A DNA stretch of 60,020 bases, filler included, from Asterionella formosa (lineage: Eukaryota), in the NCBI GenBank assembly GCA_002256025.1. It is 12 parts of 12 records of this genome, joined end to end, with 100 filler letters (N's around TTAATTAATTAA, not from the genome) between each part and the next. Parts side by side here need not be neighbours in the genome. Positions count along the whole stretch, not along the records: positions 55,123 to 60,020 come from NKIB01013304.1; 11 more parts are not named here. One strand, given 5' to 3'. The position numbers and the translations under genes are program-made. The stretch's first letter is position 1. Every line of letters begins with the position of its first letter. Shown in pieces: positions 58,321 through 60,020 of the stretch. The notes under the pieces were generated by a model. That model saw only the letters and a program-made list of their open reading frames with translations. It ran no database searches and had not been told where the DNA came from.

Positions 58321-58954
58321 GGACAACAAAGTTTTCAGTGTAGGTACAAGTCAATGGAATGTATGATTACAACTGTGTTCCATTAGCCCCACCTGGCTGT
58401 TGGGTCCTTGTTCATGCTAAAACTCCTCTACACTGCACCACATGGTCTCCTTTTGCTCTTGACAGCTGGTATATTGGCCCTGCCGTGGAATCCTACTGTT
58501 GTTACCAAAGGTTCCCCTAAGCACACTGTACTCACTGCGATTTACTGTCCCTGTACCAGGGTAAAAATGCGTAGTACAACCAGCAAGTTGTGGTCATTTT
58601 CCTGAAATGGACCAGACAGGGGCTTATTTAATCTTATAAAAAGAACGCCTTCTTTTCATAGCATGATACAGTGAAATAAATAGCAGATCTCTTCAAGTTG
58701 CAAAAACGAGAGAGCAAACAGCATATGTTTCATATGGCTATCCTGACTTTCAGGAAATGTAAGGAAATGCATACAATTTCTTGAAGTCTCCAAAATTCAT
58801 TGGGTTTTTCTGGCCAAAGTGGAAAACCACCTATCCTTTAGTCCAACTACTACAGGGAAGCAAGGTGCTCAAGAAATGCTTACCGGAATTCTGCAGAATA
58901 CTATACTTTGATGACTTGTTATATAATCAAGGTAACCAGGTACTTCTTACCATA

Positions 58955-59125
58955 CCAGGTTACCAGAATGAGACCCCCCAATTTCTTGTTCTTGCAAAAT
59001 TTCGAGAGCTTTTAGGGGATTAGCATACAAATCTAGCTACAGTCTTAAGGCCAGAATGTGATGTAGTAGCTGACCCGGCATGTGAATCCTATGTATCTGC
59101 ACATGGCAAGTGCACCATGTGTATG
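58955..59125. repeat. Dispersed repeat, homologue of 36545-36715
   Basis: See partner; the adjacent 58860-58912 also matches 36431-36470 in inverted orientation. Confidence 0.7.
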
Positions 59126-59192
59126 TTTATTTTCATATCATGATCAAGGATGCTGGCTGATGGTGCACTTGACTGTGGTGTGCATAAATTAA

Positions 59193-59937
59193 GGTGCGTT
59201 CTTATCATTCAGCATGCTTCACACAATGTAGTATCATTTCTGGGTTTTGAGCAAAAATGACAGCTGGTGGTATCAATTTTGGGTATCAGCAACAGCTACC
59301 CTACTAGTGGTATCAATGCAGTATCATTGATACCTTTTTTGACCCCCTCCAAGAAAGGTAGCAGTGATAATGGAAAATTCGGACAAGTATCATTTCCTTT
59401 GTCACTGATAAAATAACCGAAAATACGCCTGCAGAGCACAAATTTTATGTAACATGAAGAAAAATTCTGATGGTGTGTGGATCTAAGCAGCACCATACAA
59501 ATCATTACTATGGTGGCCATGTGCAGCAACAGCAGCACATTCCACAAAACCAAACCATGACAGAGTCGATAATTTAACAGATTGAGTAATTATGTATAGA
59601 GTGAAGCACAGTACAACGGAGCACCACCGTCCAAACATAAGTGCCAGTAGTAAGTGCAGTATTGACAATATTCTGGTTCTATGCATACATAAAACGCGCA
59701 GATTTCCTACATGGTTTGAGTACTGGATAATTATCTCAAATCTGGAAGGAAAAGCACATGTTTGCTCTTGTAGCCAGCCTGTAACCATTGAATATTCGTG
59801 ATACTTTTGGGTGATACTTATTCGATTCTTATTTTATTTTATTTCGAGAATGAATATTTTCAGTTCAAATCGACTAGCCGTTGCATGATACTTTTTCAAT
59901 TATTATGATACCCTATCAAAAATGATAAGAACGCCCC
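59193..59937. mobile_element. Harbinger/Tourist-type MITE (745 bp), TSD TAA
   Basis: TAA|GGTGCGTTCTTATCATT ... AATGATAAGAACGCCCC|TAA; internal GGTATCA/TGATACC repeats. Confidence 0.85.
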
Positions 59938-60020
59938 TAAATAATAGTAACAAAATACAGGTATGCCCCAATAATTGTTTGAAACGTGAAACCCTTGAAC
60001 TGCAAAAATAATATACGTAA

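Overview
Eukaryotic, most likely diatom, nuclear DNA, inferred from bipartite plastid-targeting presequences, CoDi-type Copia, Ambal-type LINE and CryptonS-like remnants. The window is not one locus. It is 12 separate contigs of about 4.9 kb in decreasing length order (4933 down to 4898 nt), joined by eleven 100-nt N-TTAATTAATTAA-N linkers, so adjacency across linkers means nothing. Host genes: ARM-repeat protein, LtrA-like membrane protein, C2H2+ankyrin protein, lumen-targeted PDZ-FKBP, plastid-targeted chlamydial-type TGT, MerT+HMA (MerTP-like) fusion, 7x helicase-associated (HA) repeat protein, fucosyltransferase-like fragment, 3-exon fasciclin, nitrilase-fold protein, a small GFRP/KCTD-CTD-like protein, and LRR/MORN fragments. 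Much of the rest is transposon-derived. Contigs 7 and 9 overlap by 127 nt and rebuild a full Copia element. That element carries a nested PIF/Harbinger element in gag and lies within a Crypton remnant, flanked by a ~300-bp duplication. Also present: two Gypsy copies, a solo LTR, several MITEs, a pogo-like transposase remnant and an Ambal-like LINE. Palindromic GGTACC/CCAGGTACCTGG clusters recur upstream of most genes. All family calls come from motif recognition; no searches were run.
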